Assembly (NCBI GenBank): GCA_013265495.1
Contig: MU058153.1
Location: 124,001 to 188,000 of the forward strand
Source: Vicugna vicugna
Lineage: Eukaryota
Length of the DNA: 64,000 nucleotides
Direction: 5' to 3'
Below, one piece after another: positions 11,881-25,460 of this stretch; position 1 is the first letter of the stretch; every line of letters begins with the position of its first letter. The translations under genes were made by a program, and so were the position numbers. The notes beneath the pieces are model-generated. The model was not told where the DNA came from. It saw nothing but the letters and a program-made list of their open reading frames with translations, and ran no database searches.

Positions 11881-12648
11881 TGTCAGAAATCTGATAAAAG
11901 GAAGCATACACTCTCTCAGGAAGAAACACAACACCACAAAACAACTATTTGAGCCGCTTGGTGACAAAATTAAAGAATCCGCCCCACTCGGGAACCATTC
12001 AAAGGGAGGAATACCTGAGAAAGGAGTTTTCTTCCCCTGTTGCCACACACCATATGGCAGCTCGGGGACATCATGGACTGCAGTGTCGGCATCGTACTGT
12101 GTGGGGGAAGGCAGAAAGGGAAGTGCTAACAAGAGATGCCTGGGTAGCTGGCAGGTGGCGGACCCTGGCCGGTGCAGAAGGGAAAACCCAGAAATAAACA
12201 CTTGGGAGGGAAGCTCAGTGAACCTACTCTGACGTTGCGTTTCTGTCCCTGAGACACGTCCCGCGTGGGTATTTGGGGCTGGGGGTTGCTTTTATAGATG
12301 ACTTAGTAGGGAGAGGTAGTTAAATATGAGCTCTTCATGTTAACATGACTGCATTCGTAGCCGCAGCTTGGAGAGGCCAGCAAAACTCGAGTTACCTAAA
12401 CTTCAGGTATGTTATGTGGGAGCGTCTCAGTTGCAGGACATCTTCCTAACAACTCAGATCATTTCCGTATTGGCGATATCATTAGCATTCAATTTAAATA
12501 GCAATAAGCTCCCCAGATCCTCAAAAAAATGCTTGTGTATAATTAGCATTAGCTCAATTGTGACCCACAGTTTCTTTACCTTATATATTGTCCTATTTTT
12601 TCCACTTGAGAAGCACTATGTCATTAATTTTCACAGAGTATCCTGACA
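11881..12648 (-). mobile_element. Probable solo LTR (older; TSD not evident)
   Basis: Terminal inverted ends TGTCAGAA.../...TCCTGACA; minus-strand TATA box CTATAAAAG at 12289-12297; LTR-like length (768 bp). Confidence 0.55.
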
Positions 12649-14659
12649 TCTCTGAGGCCCATTCAAGCTCCAAAACTCAAGGATTCTACAGTTAAACATG
12701 TATTTAAAAGGCCAAGCCAACTTGCTGCCATTACTGATGTTCATGGAAGACAATGTACACATAGCAGTGAGAAGAGCTTCAAATTCTGGCCCTACCCCTT
12801 ACAATGGGAACTTGAGCACCGTTTCCACATGTGCTAAAGAAAGAGAAAATTCACAGTACTTTCTCGTAGGTGTAGGGATGTTACAGAGATGAAATGTAGA
12901 GATAAAACAAGAAATCCAGTGTAAGTACTTAAACACCAGCATTAAGTACATAGTAAGCACTCAGTTGGTGTCAACAGCATGGTGTGAGGCCTGAAATAAA
13001 GATGCAATATTGTATGCTGCCCTGCCATCTGAAACCAGGAAAGCCTCAAATAGCCTACACACCTGCTCCACCCACCCCAGTCTATTCCCACGAACAGGTC
13101 CCTGTCACTGGGACCAGGCAGAGTGCCTGCTTATCCCTGAGTGGCATGCTGTAGTTCTGTGCCACCTTCTAGAATTATTCAAACAAGCTGATCACGCACA
13201 TCCTCTGGTGAGAACCCGGGATCACTACGCTCTCTTGTTCCTATGACGCTCACCTCCCTCCATGGCCTTTGCGAGTTCACTCTCTTCCCAGGCACAGCTC
13301 CCCATGTGTGCCCCACATGGTATGTGATGTCCTCCTGCCCTGGGCTGTGAGTATATGTGACATTACATGGTTGTCTGTCTCTTCTCGTTTCACCTTTTCA
13401 GCTTCAGGTGTTGGGTGTGGTCTTCCGTAAAAAGAGGGTGAAGAGGAGACCATCAGATGAGCTGTTGCTAAAAATGATTAGTGGTAACATCAGCAGTACT
13501 AGGGAATGCCACTGCCACGCTCAACGTGAATACTCCAGATGCTTCACTGAGACAGACAAGTAACCACACAGACGGCAGCAGGAGACTGGTGAGGAGAACT
13601 TCCTGTGGGCATATGCTTCAGAACCTCACAATCCCAGGATTCTGATTTCCACCCAAGAGATGAACAGAACGTTGTGGTTTACACAGAACTGTCTACAGCA
13701 TAGGAACAAATTAGCAGATTCACTGCAGGATATGTTAGTCATCCCCAGAAACTGTTCTGGGGAGCCTGACATAGCACTGCAGCCCCTCCTTAAATCTTGA
13801 GGACTTAGGGAATAGTTATGAAGATTTTGGTACGTATGTGTAGCCTACTTGGGGATTTTTGCACCTCTGCTCCCTAAACTAAGCAGAGTGGCGACTGAAA
13901 TGATCAGAGCTGAAGTCTGGAGAAGTGGGGGGATGGTTGTGCCCTCAGTGACTGTCTACACAACCCAGATGTCCCCAGGGTACATCAGTTATGAGTGCTT
14001 AATGAAGTCATGTAACAACACGTGTAAATCACATCACACTAATGTGGCCCACCTTGAATTAACTCAAGTCTACGAAATCCCCAGTGAAGTGACTTGAGGA
14101 TTCTCAGGGGTTCTTTTACATGATTTTATCCTTCTCTGGTATCATTTCACGACTTTCCTTGGCCATTTAATATCTTATTGCGGCCACTGCTACTTCTGTC
14201 ATCTTTTACTTCCTCCATGTACATTTCAAGGCTATTAACTGATATTCCCAACCCTTAATCGTATGGAGCTAATAGCCCTCCAGTCACTGCAGCCTTCCTC
14301 TGGTGAAGTCGTGCTCACTTCTGCAGGAAAACAAGACTTCTTCCTTCGTCTTCACTTTTTGTTTACGCCCATCATAAAACAACACCCTCAGCTTCTTTTT
14401 TGAGGCTCCTCTGACCACAGGCTCAGGCACCATCATGCTCTGCCCTTCTCTGTTTCTCCTTCTAGGAGAGAACTGACAGTCACTTTCTTCTCATGTTGAC
14501 AGAAGTGTCCTAAGCAAACCACATTCTAAATACCTATGCATTCTTTTTACTAGACGTACACCTATATGCCTGAAATTTTAGTTAATCTTAGGCCAGGATT
14601 CCTAATACTTAAGATCAGAGGCAGGGGTAGGCAGAGAGCTCTGGAACCAATGTGTTCTT

Positions 14660-14820
14660 TCAAATATTCATTCACTCATTCATTCACCCATTCATCCATT
14701 CATTGATTTCATCAGTAAATATAGATTAAGCCCTTTCTTTGTAAGAAGCTCTTTTTTAGGCACTGGAACATAGCGGTAAATAAAACATACCTGACACTTA
14801 CCTTTATGCAATTCACAGCC
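14660..14820 (-). mobile_element. L2 3' end
   Basis: (TTCA)n-like tail 'attcattcactcattcattcacccattcatcc' then 'ttaggcactggaacatagcggtaaataaaacatacctgac'. Confidence 0.7.
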
Positions 14821-14960
14821 CAGGGCTGTGATTCTCTGAATGGCTGCATCAGGACCAAGAAAAGCATTTCTCAAAAATAATGGAATCCTGGACCCACATC
14901 TGACTGACTGAATCAAAATCTCTCTGGTGGGAGCAGGACAGGGTCTGGGAAGTTGGATTC
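14820..14960. mobile_element. MER5-type hAT-Charlie MITE fragment
   Basis: 'ggctgcatcagga...aatcctggacccacatctgactgactgaatcaaaatctctctggtggg'. Confidence 0.55.
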
Positions 14961-17900
14961 CTTTACTGAAGAAAGAAGGCTAATTGGAAAGTATTAGAAG
15001 AATTAGAATAGTTGTAGAGCTCTTGACCAGGAAAGCTGCGAAGGTAGGGTAAACCCAGAAATGAGTTGCTCAAAAAGGAGACTTGGGTCAGCCAAGGACG
15101 TGAGCCCCAGGGAGCTAATGAGTGGGGCAATTCAAAACTTTCCTAAAGCCACATCTGAGCTCTACCCTGATCTCAAAGTGGAGAAGCCTTGCAGAGGCTT
15201 GGAAATTTTGCTCCAATTACCTGGTGCCTACAGCCTAAGAGGAGGGCATGAGGAAGATAACGAGGTCAGCTTGGTCAAAGCCCAGACTACCAGGCCATTG
15301 TCTGCTGCAGTGCCCACCAGCTCCTCGAGGCTGGCTAGTCTGTGACCGTCCTGTCTAGGCCACGGGAGGGGATAGACGCCCGCAGGAATGTGCTCTAAGA
15401 GGCATCTGCCTCTCTCCTCACCAGCGTGAAGCCTTGGCTGCCTCTCAGGCAAGACACCTGACTGATTTTTCTATCACTCTTTATTAGTTAATCCCCGCCT
15501 TGTCAGTTAAAATATTTCAGCAACTCCCTTAGGCCAGATAAATCCAAGTAAGTTTAAATTAGATACCTCAGCAATATGAGTCACTGCAAAGAAACTTTCA
15601 GATACAGCAAGTCACACCATCTCCCTCATTATAGACGGAGGGTCTTGAATGAAGCCCCATCATGGGGACTTCTTCATGGCTCTGGGGCAGAATGGGATAC
15701 GTTTGTATTGCACCTCAGTCAGAATTTTTTTGCAACCCTTAGGAAGGATACATTTTTACATTAACATGAAGCCTCAACATTTCTCAACAGAGCTGTAAAA
15801 CTCAGCTTTTAGCAGAATGCTGTTAGCAATGCAGAAATCTGATCGTGTCACCAGGCCGCTAAAACACTTTCAAGGGCTCTCACCACCTACTGAATTGTGT
15901 CCTACCTTCCCTTGCTAGACTGTAGCGTCTACGCTAGCTTAGTCAGGCACTCCTTTGCCAGTCTCACCTCCACTTCACACCCAAGCCCTTTCACACTTCC
16001 AGCCAAACAGCTCCACGCACTGATGGCCAGGCACGCTCTCCTGAATCCTCCTCCTCCGTGCTTGGGCGCAAGTCTGTATTTCTGTCAAGATTGCCTTCTG
16101 TTCTTGCAGTTCTGTTTACTCCTCCTTCAGACCCTTTTCAAATACCACCTCCTCCATTATGTCTTTCCATACATGCATATGAATAAGACTACCTACAACC
16201 TATACAATCTCATAGTATCTTTTACTTCCTTTGTCTAACCACATGTATATAAATTGCAGTTCGACAAAGCCTTCCATCTTGGTCCTGCTCACAGTCATTG
16301 TTGCATGGAGCATCTTTTTCTAGATCAATGCACTATGCATGGAAGCGTCTCCATGACACACGTCTCATTTCATTGGATATGCTTTAATTCTTCTTTTCTT
16401 GTCTCTTTCATATACTGACTCCATTCTAGGTCCAATGAGAAAGATGTTGTTCAAACAATGCCAAAGCCTGCTATGAACTTCAAGGGAATAAAGTTTGTAT
16501 TTAGCTGGAAGAATTAGAGAATGTTTTTAAAGCACTTTGGAAGGGGGAAAAAAATCCCCCTACTGTAATTATTAGTGATTTCCATTCATGTAGGAAGTCT
16601 CAGAGCATTAACGAACACTGACAAGAGAGTCTGTACCCTACGCTCAGAAACTTAGCTGGTGGAAGCTGATGGCGAAGTTTTAAATGGCAAGATCTCCTTG
16701 GATTCTGAGCCGAAACCTGAGGATAATGAGTTTTCATTGTAGAAATCTGGCCAAAAGGGCACTGATAGCTGCTTCAAGAAAGAGGAAAAATTGTATCACT
16801 AGTTCATATCTGGGTTCAATTTTTGCTTTCTTTCACGAAGATTAAAAAATTAATTAATTTAAGTGAATGGGTTTTCTTTTTCTGAGTTTACCCCCTTTTG
16901 GTGCTTGATGAACACTTTTTTTTTCTTTCTGAAGTCTTTCAAAAATATATGGTGATAAATGCATGACGTTAAAATCGATCTCCATCTTGAGACCTTTTTG
17001 TAACTTGCCTCATGAGGCTGCTTTCTGAAATTGTGCAGCGAGTGTCAGTTTGCAAACTGCATAGCTTCCCATGTGCTTGCAGGGGAGTTGGTGCTGGAAC
17101 CGAGTGGAAGGCTCTTGTTTGTCCGCCACAAAGATGGTTAAACAGTCGGGATCAAGAAGAAGGAAATGTGACTGAAGTAAACCATGAAAACGTGCTTTCA
17201 GCTCCTTCAGTCTCTCTAACTCAAGAGATTTAGACATTTGAAAACACAGCAATAATCTTTCTCAAAATATGATAATTCCGGTCAGCATCTATTTTGCAGA
17301 AACTTAAGAGCATGAACAAGTGAAAACAAAATACTTTCAGGACAATCAGAATCCAAATCATAGAAGAATTATAAAGAAACTCAGTCTTATTACTTTTCTA
17401 AGTGCAGACAGTTGTTTGGCTTGCCCATATACAAAATATTTCCAATTACAGGTTAGACGGGGCTTGACAACTAAATAGACAGTTTTCATTTATACTTAGA
17501 AGTTTTTTCATAGTGAATATATCTAAAATGCTAGGTAATTGTTTATCCTTTTAAGTATAATTCTCCCCTCCCCAATTTTTAAAATAATAATATTATACAG
17601 TACATTGCACTTAAAGTAGAAAAATAAATTTCATCCAGAACCAAGCCAATGAAATACATTTTAAATTTATAGCTTAATCTAAGTTCACATATTAACTTAT
17701 ACATCTAATTACATTAATTCTTGAATTTATTTACTCTAAGCAATGTGCTGGGTCCTCAGATAGCCAGAAAAGAAATGAAAAAAAAAGTGCTAGATCCTGC
17801 ACTCAGGGGCTCAGTCTAACTCTAACCTTAAACCAAATCCTTACCCTACCCATATCTTATCATGCATAAACTATAAATCACAAGTCACCATAATAAGGTA

Positions 17901-18249
17901 GAATGAAGAACCAGTATAAAATGACCCAAAGGAATGAATGACTCATGGGAAAGAGTTTATATTTTATCCACCAAGACAACAGACTCCAATGTGGAATGAG
18001 TCAGCCTCAGAGATGCTCAAGGCAACCCACTGGGACACTAGAGGAAGACAAAGAACACCTCTTTATGTTTATTTTTATCTTGTCTTATTTATTGTGTGTG
18101 TGTATGTGTGTGGTTTTTACTATACACGTTACATGTAAAACATGAACAACTTATGAATAGATAATAGACATATTCTGAGAGTGCTTGCTTTTTTTATTTT
18201 TGACTCTCAGCGTACACAATATAGAAATTGTAGGCTACTTACCTTAGAA

Positions 18250-18700
18250 TTGTCAAGCTACTGGATGATTACTTTTAGATGGCTAAGATAAAGCCTGGTT
18301 TATATTTTAGGAAGATTACTTGGTAACAATGGGGAGGGTGAATGAAAGGGAGTAAACACTGACAAAGATGGAAGTGAAAGATGATGCATTTCTGAACTGA
18401 AGTAAGTGATGGGGAAATGAAGACTAGGAGACTGATTTATAGTCTGTTAGGGAGGATGAATAAATAAGAATTAGCATAATGTGAAGTGTGAGGCGAAAGG
18501 ATGCCTAGAGAGACTCCACCTCCCAGATTGTAGGTTTGATGACAGAAAAAAATGATACATCATTAACTGAGATATTTAATAAAAGAAAGGATTGGGGCTG
18601 ATCTAAAATAAGGGGAAGCATGAGTTCAGTTTACCATTTGAGTTGGGGATGTGGATGGAACATTTTTCTCGGTAGAGATGGTCAGGTAGCAGTTCAACAT
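18250..18700 (-). mobile_element. L2 internal fragment
   Basis: 'tatattttaggaagattacttggtaacaatgggg...tgagttcagtttaccatttgagttggggatg' resembles antisense L2. Confidence 0.55.
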
Positions 18701-21457
18701 TTAAATCTTTTCCTGAAGAGGAACCAGACAATGACCAGATTGATGAGTTTTTTAAACATAGATGGAAGCATGGGGTTTTTAAAAATCTTTTATATGAGAA
18801 AGCCAATTTTAGATTCCTTGGAATTAAACCTTGTACATGGATGGAATAAATTGTTGCTTCCATAATATCATTTCTTAGTGCTAGAAGATTCTTTCTGAAG
18901 TAGGCCTACATTTGCAGTCCCAAAGGTAGGAGTCTTGGAGTCCACACATTTAATAGAATCAACAAGATTGGCTTAACCATTAGGATGGCTGCAGAGATCA
19001 AAACAGGGCTGAATGTAATTGCAAGATTGCAGCAAAGGGTTAAGGATAGGACAGCATTATGAAGGGTCTGAACTGAACTGGGGTCCTAAAGACATTTAGG
19101 ACCAAGAGAAATGTAAGAGGTGTAGCTAAACAATGAAAGAAAAGGGATAAACCTGGAACTTCATCAAGTGTCCTGTTCCTCTCTGTACTGCCCACATTTT
19201 GCAGATGGCCTGCTACGGTGTGGATTCTGATTACTGTCGATGCAATGAAAGGTGAAAGGATTACACATAGGAAAAGTTATACAACGTGAAATGAGAAGCC
19301 AGTTCATTCTGATCATTATTAATTGATAGTCATTGGATTTTTGGGTCATGGGGTCAGGTCTTTTGGATCCTGTCCTTCTTATAACAAAAGGGTATATAAA
19401 GGAGTACTATAGCAAATGCCAATAGCTTTGTAAAAATTTCAAACATTTAGGCTCCAAGGGCTAATTACTATTAACATATTTGTATAGTACCTTATGGATC
19501 TTTGTGTGTGTGGGTGTGTGTGTGGTGGTGAATTTATATGTGAATTTTATTATTATGCATATATGTATATCCTATTTTTTTAAATTGGTTTATACAAACA
19601 TACTAATGTGTAGGCTTCATTCACCATTCACCAATTTATTTCAATGTATTTCTCATTTTTAAAGGCTATATTGGTGTATAAAGGCCATACAAGAATTATA
19701 ATTTAGAAAAGCCATGGCCATTTATTTCTCTCCAATTCTTTCATCATGATACACAAAGTTTCAGTGATGCGAGGGAAATCTTTAAAATTAAAATCCTCAA
19801 GAAATGAAGCCTATTATATGAAAACTTCTTATTTAAGTGTATAATCATCAGCACAACTGCTAATAGTAGGAGAGGACTACACACACTGAAATCATCTGAG
19901 GGTATAGCAGATGTACAACTGCTACCTCATGTTCATTCTGGGATGGGCAGAACTACCTGAACAATTTAAATTTGATACATGTGTGCATATATATTAATGA
20001 ATGCATGTATATTCAAAATGTCTATGTGTGTGTAAGAATGTCTGTGAGTGTGTTTATGTACCAATAATTGGATTTGTATAAGTCAGATGCATAGATGCAC
20101 GTGTGATGTGATTACTAAGCCTTGTCTCCCCAGAGCTAGGAGTTGGCTGTGAGAGACAGTAAAGCTGTCTGAACAATACCTAAATTCAAGAAATTTAAGT
20201 TTGGAAAATCTATTGTATTTCTTAGATATTTTCTTTATTGCCATTGACAACCCAACAAACTATCCTAAACTATAAATATAAACTTTAGAAGTGGCCTTCA
20301 ATGTCAGCTAAATGCTGATGCTCAAATAATGTTTTAGCCTTTGATTTTGTCTCAATTTTCTTTGCAGGGAGACTTTCCCTTTGTGGTATGTAAAGCCAGG
20401 GCACATAGTAGGTGCTTTGTAAATATTAATCAAAAGAGTGATGGTGAGCTATGTTAAACTCAGAAATAAGGAAGAAGATTCTTTTTGCAAACAATTCTAG
20501 CAAAAATCCCGTAGTTAAGCCCCCTTGACCCAGTGCCTGTCACCTGTCTTGCTGCACCAACTTTGTAGTCAAGGGTGTAAAATGCACAGGTGGGCCAGGT
20601 ATCCTTACCTGAGATATATTACAAATAAGGATGTGATTTGATGGAACAAATCTGCATTGTAAAGCACAGATTTTGTACCTGATCATCTACTAGGTATTTG
20701 AAAGATCTGAAAATGCATGTGATACCTTCTCTATCTGAAATGAATTCACCACCTGGTAAAGAAATTAACAATTCAGATATGGATTGGTAAATTTGTATTA
20801 TCTATTCCTTTACTTATGGGATTTCAAGAACCTTCAATTTAGTATACATCATATAATTTGCAAAAGAAACTCTGTAACTGTCTTTCAAAATACTGTGCTA
20901 AATTATCATCAGTAAACTATAAAATATTTAGGACTCAATAATACAAAAGTGCTTTTTTATGCTAAGTGTTTGTGTTTTGCTTTCTAAATTAATTATTACT
21001 GTATTTATGTAAATAAACTTCTCCAAAGGGAAATTATCCTAAAAGTCTAATATTGTTCATTGTGTCCAGAAGAAAATACAAATTTTAAAAAGTCTACTCT
21101 TTGGAGGGTGTAAAAATTACTGCAATGAGATATTTGAGTCAAAACTGTGATCATGCACAGACAACCATGTTATAGTTTCTTCTTCATGGTGAAGCCATAT
21201 GTTCTGACTTCACTGAATTAAAGTTATAATTCTCACTCTTGAGGCCAAATGCATGCAGTTATTTGGAAAGCCAAGTGGAACCTGGTTGCTTATCCTATCA
21301 ACTTTTCCATCAGCTAAGGTCTTGGCTTAGGATGTTTTAGTGATAATGCATGAAAAATGTATCAAGAATGTAGCAGGGTTTGTCACCAACTGGAAAGAAT
21401 TGACAGAAATGATGTTTCTTCTATCATCAGAGCTTTTGTACTAAAAAGATTAAAACT

Positions 21458-21531
21458 TATAAGTTGACCCATATGAAATTGCCCTTTTTTATATCAAGGT
21501 GTCAAATATCAACATCTGATTCAACCTAATA
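21458..21531. mobile_element. MADE2 mariner-derived MITE
   Basis: 'tataagttgacccatatgaaattgcc...aatatc...ttcaacctaata' matches recalled MADE2 terminal inverted repeats with TA ends. Confidence 0.75.
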
Positions 21532-23649
21532 TGTAAGCAAATAATACCTACCAAAGTACATGAATAGACAGGACACAGTTAAAATAGTTTTAACTTTTTT
21601 CCCCTGTGTGGTTTATATGCTCTTATAGCTTAGCCAAACTTTTATTCTTTGGTAGTGTTAGGTAAATTTTAGCTCAAGCGCTAAAGTTGAAGTATCAGAA
21701 ATATTTAATTTGTGTGGCCCAAATTAATGAGGTTGAGGTTCTGCTGTACTGCTTTGTAAAATTCACACATGTTGACTTCTTGTGGGAGGGGAGCCTCGTG
21801 CAAGAATGTCTCCACCTCAACCCAGTTACTACAAATTCAAATAATACTGACTTTAGCATCTCATCCTGAGAAATTGACATAATTAAGCACTCTTCAAAGA
21901 AAAATAGACTCTGATATCTCTGATGCTATTAAATATTTACTGTGCACATCACTGCAGTAAATTCTCTGACAGAAAGTGATTCTACCAAAGCAGATCAAAT
22001 GAGAACACCATATCGCCTTGTAGCAAGTGTATCCAGCTCTATACATTATTAAACAATGTATCTATCTATATGCATAAAATATAAATGCAGGAGCTGCGTA
22101 GTGCGGAGGCTGAAAAGCCTATGAAAGTATGTCTGGAATATGTTTCCTGATGCTTCCAATTCTCAGCTCAGACAGGAAGCTCACTGTGCTTATTTCTATA
22201 GGCATGGATTCCTTTATATTAAATATTCACCCCCACACTGCAATTAGAATTAAGGCGAAAATAATAATTAAATTATAGTAGGGAGTGTAGTTCCTCGTGC
22301 AAAAAATTAAATCAAGGGAATCAAAAAACTTAGAGAATTAAAAAATCAACCCAAGTTATGTCAAGCCCCGAACTGGTGTTTTCTGATATGAAACCCAACC
22401 TAGGAGCAAAGGAGGGAAAAAATACCTGCCTGATACCTGTTCACATCTTCTTTTCTCGCTGTCCAGAAAGACTGAGGGAACCAGAATGGCAAAGCTATCT
22501 TTTGTTGAAATGCCATTTAACTTCTGAACGTCTCTGGGTTCCAGATGGGAGAACAGAGGTGCTAGACATTTTTTTCCAAAATAACTTGATTTAAAAAAAA
22601 TAATAACTTGAAAAACCTAAGACATTTGGTAAAGACTAAGAAGAGACTCTGTAATCAGCTAATTTGAACTCCTTCAAACTCTATATTCCAATTACTCAGC
22701 TGGATAAATATTACTCCAACCATTCTCAAAGAGAACCTGTCTAGTTAGGAAGTTAACTAGTCATTGGCATGGTAATTCAAAAAGGAGTTCTTCAGAGCAC
22801 CAGAAAATACAAATGCATGTGGAGAGGAGAACAGAAATAGAAATATTGACCAAATGTCTGCCAGATACTATCATAGTGTTTTGCTTGATTTATTTTTTAG
22901 CCATCAGGAGGAATTTGAGGTAAATAATATTATTATCACTTTTTAAGTGAGGAAACTGAGGTTTATTCAGGCAGAAAATTTCAGGCCTCAAATTCATATC
23001 CATATTTCAATCAAAGATCCATACTCTATTACCTAGAGAATGTTGCTTCCCTAAAAATAAATTTAGACAATACAAGATTAAGTGCTAACGTAAATACAAC
23101 GTTTTAGATTTCAGATAAGAAGATGCAAAAGTAAAATAACAAGTGGGAGTTTGCAGGATCTTTTTCCAAGAGATCTTCTACCAGGACATCACACCATACC
23201 TTCTTGTCTATACTTCCAGCTCCATCGTTGGAAGCAGGCGGAGTTTGAGGTCGAAAAACAAGTCAGTAAAGTTGAGACTTTGGTTTTTGTTTGTTTATTG
23301 TTTATTTTATTTTGTTTTGCTCTCTAGTCTTACAATTCTAATCTCCAAACAGACTGGGCATTTTCTACTGATTACACCAAAATTGGCTCCACTGTGTTGT
23401 TTTCAATTATGGCCTGACTGGTTCTATAAATTTCACTCTTAATAAATAGAAAACATTTACTAATAATGATTCTTAAACATTTTAGGGTATCTCCAAAGAG
23501 CTGAAGAGCTTGATGAAATTCTGTTTGAGAGAGTGAACATTTTTCTTTAGCTTACTCTTAAATGTTTATAATAAGCACTATTAAAAACAAATGTTTTACA
23601 AACTCAGAGAAAGATGAATCCCCTAAAACAATTAAAACCCATTTACCTA

Positions 23650-24950
23650 GATACTGATTGCTTCTTTCACTAGTTATCAAATAAATGTGTGAATACATAT
23701 AGAAATTTTGATGTGTACACTGAAGTGTATAAAGAGGCAGAACCAAAAAAATCACCCATCAAGAAAATAATTGTCAGCATGTTGGTAGGCTTATTTCTTA
23801 TTTTTCCTATGTTTATTTCTGTATATTTTATATTTCACACATATATAATTTTTATTTAGCATTTTCCTTAAATGTTGTAGGAATTTTTCCCATGTCACTA
23901 TAAATTCCTTGTAAGCATAACTGAAGGTTCATTAATGTTTAATTCTAGATCACCCTAAATGTCAGACATTTTCTCACCCAACAGAAATAATACTTTGATC
24001 AATATCATTTTGCGAAATTATTGGTCCACACTTCTTACAATTGCCATAGCACTCCATCCCAGAAGGGAACTAGTAAAACTAAAGAATATGAGCTTAAAAA
24101 AAAAGTCTTTCAATCTAAAATTTTTCAAATGTGTGTAAGAGTAAAACTCTCATCGAAGCTCTCATTTATACACTACAATTATCAGTATTTTGTCCCTTTA
24201 GATTTGATCTTTTCATTTCCTCACTCTTTTTTGTTACTTTTTATCAGTTTTGCAGATCATTTTATCATTATATTTCACCACTAAATTTTTCAATATGCCT
24301 TCTTTAAAAAGAAAGGACATGAACACTTTGCATAACGCCAACATTACTATTGCACCTAACACCTAAATTCTAAAAATTAACAATAGCTACTTTATGTCAT
24401 CACGTACTCAGCCTATATTCAAATCAAAAAAAAAAAAATCCTATTGTCCAGTTGGTCAGTTGGAATCAGAATCCACCAAGTTTAACCCACTGCATTTTGT
24501 TGTCCTCTATTGTGTTTCTTAAATCTCTTTTAATTTATGAGTATCCGCCTTTCAATCTTATTTTCCTGTATCATTAACTGGTTTTAGGAAACAACTCTGT
24601 TTCTCAGTAAAACTTGCATGTTTCATCTGATTGCTTTTTCATGGTGTAATTCAACTTATCCCTATACATTTCGTTCTTCTTATAAAGTCCCAGCAAGATC
24701 ACTTTCTCGGGCTGTTTTGTCCTTCACATTATATTTCATCAGGCATCACAGGTAAGATGATTGATTTCCCAGTGTCAGCCTGACTCCTCTATTATCAAGT
24801 TGCATGTTTCCTTAAACCATTGGTAAGTTATTCATGGAGTCATATTTTATTCTGGAATAAGTTCTCTGTTTACTTTTCCTCTCGAGGCTTTAGCAATCAT
24901 TGATGAACATTGTTTAAATAAATTACTTCATTATAGATTGCAAATGAAAA
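23650..24950 (-). mobile_element. Old L1 (L1MC/ME) fragments
   Basis: 'aacattactattgcacctaac...aaattaacaatagctactttatgtcatc...cctatattcaaat...gttggaatcagaatcc' is typical of an antisense L1MC4/5 3' UTR; boundaries approximate. Confidence 0.5.
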
Positions 24951-25412
24951 GAAAAGAGATTATTTTATTCATGTTGCTTAATTGCTTTCCTGAAAGATTT
25001 CATCAAATTAAACACTCATATCAACATGTAATTATATCTTTATCATCACACCCTTGCCTCATGAGTATTGTTTTAGGAAAAAATATTTATTTACTTGGAT
25101 AAAAATATTTATTTGTTGTTATATGAAATTTTACAAATGGTTCCAGTATACTTTTTCTTTCTCTATCTTCTATTATCACATGATATCACAATGTAGTCAG
25201 TTTAAACTGGAGTAATAGACAAAATCTGTGACAGAATTTTATTTTTATGTTTTCTATCTTAAATCTCAACTTTCCTTCCCTTGAAACTCTGTAGTAAAGT
25301 ATTTTTAAATAATGGGCTTCTTGGAAAAACAAGTGTTAGCATAAAATAATGTATTTTATGATCAAAAAGTAGGACATTTCATAGATTGTTATTTGTTTGC
25401 TTCTGTTCTACT

Positions 25413-25460
25413 CAGGGGTCAGCAAACTTCCTGTAAAGGGCCAAATATTAAATAATTTTT
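25413..25460. mobile_element. MER58-type hAT terminal fragment
   Basis: 'caggggtcagcaaacttcctgtaaagggccaaatattaaataatttt'. Confidence 0.7.

Noticed and set aside
18181..18235. 'gtgcttgctt...' resembling the U6 snRNA 5' end
   Set aside because: Similarity ends after ~10 nt; the context (~17990-18240) looks more like a decayed hAT-Charlie fragment
20603..20716. Minus-strand exon-like segment with CAG|GTAAGG donor and a small aaatctg/cagattt hairpin
   Set aside because: Weak acceptor, stops in all three frames, and the stem is too short to be significant
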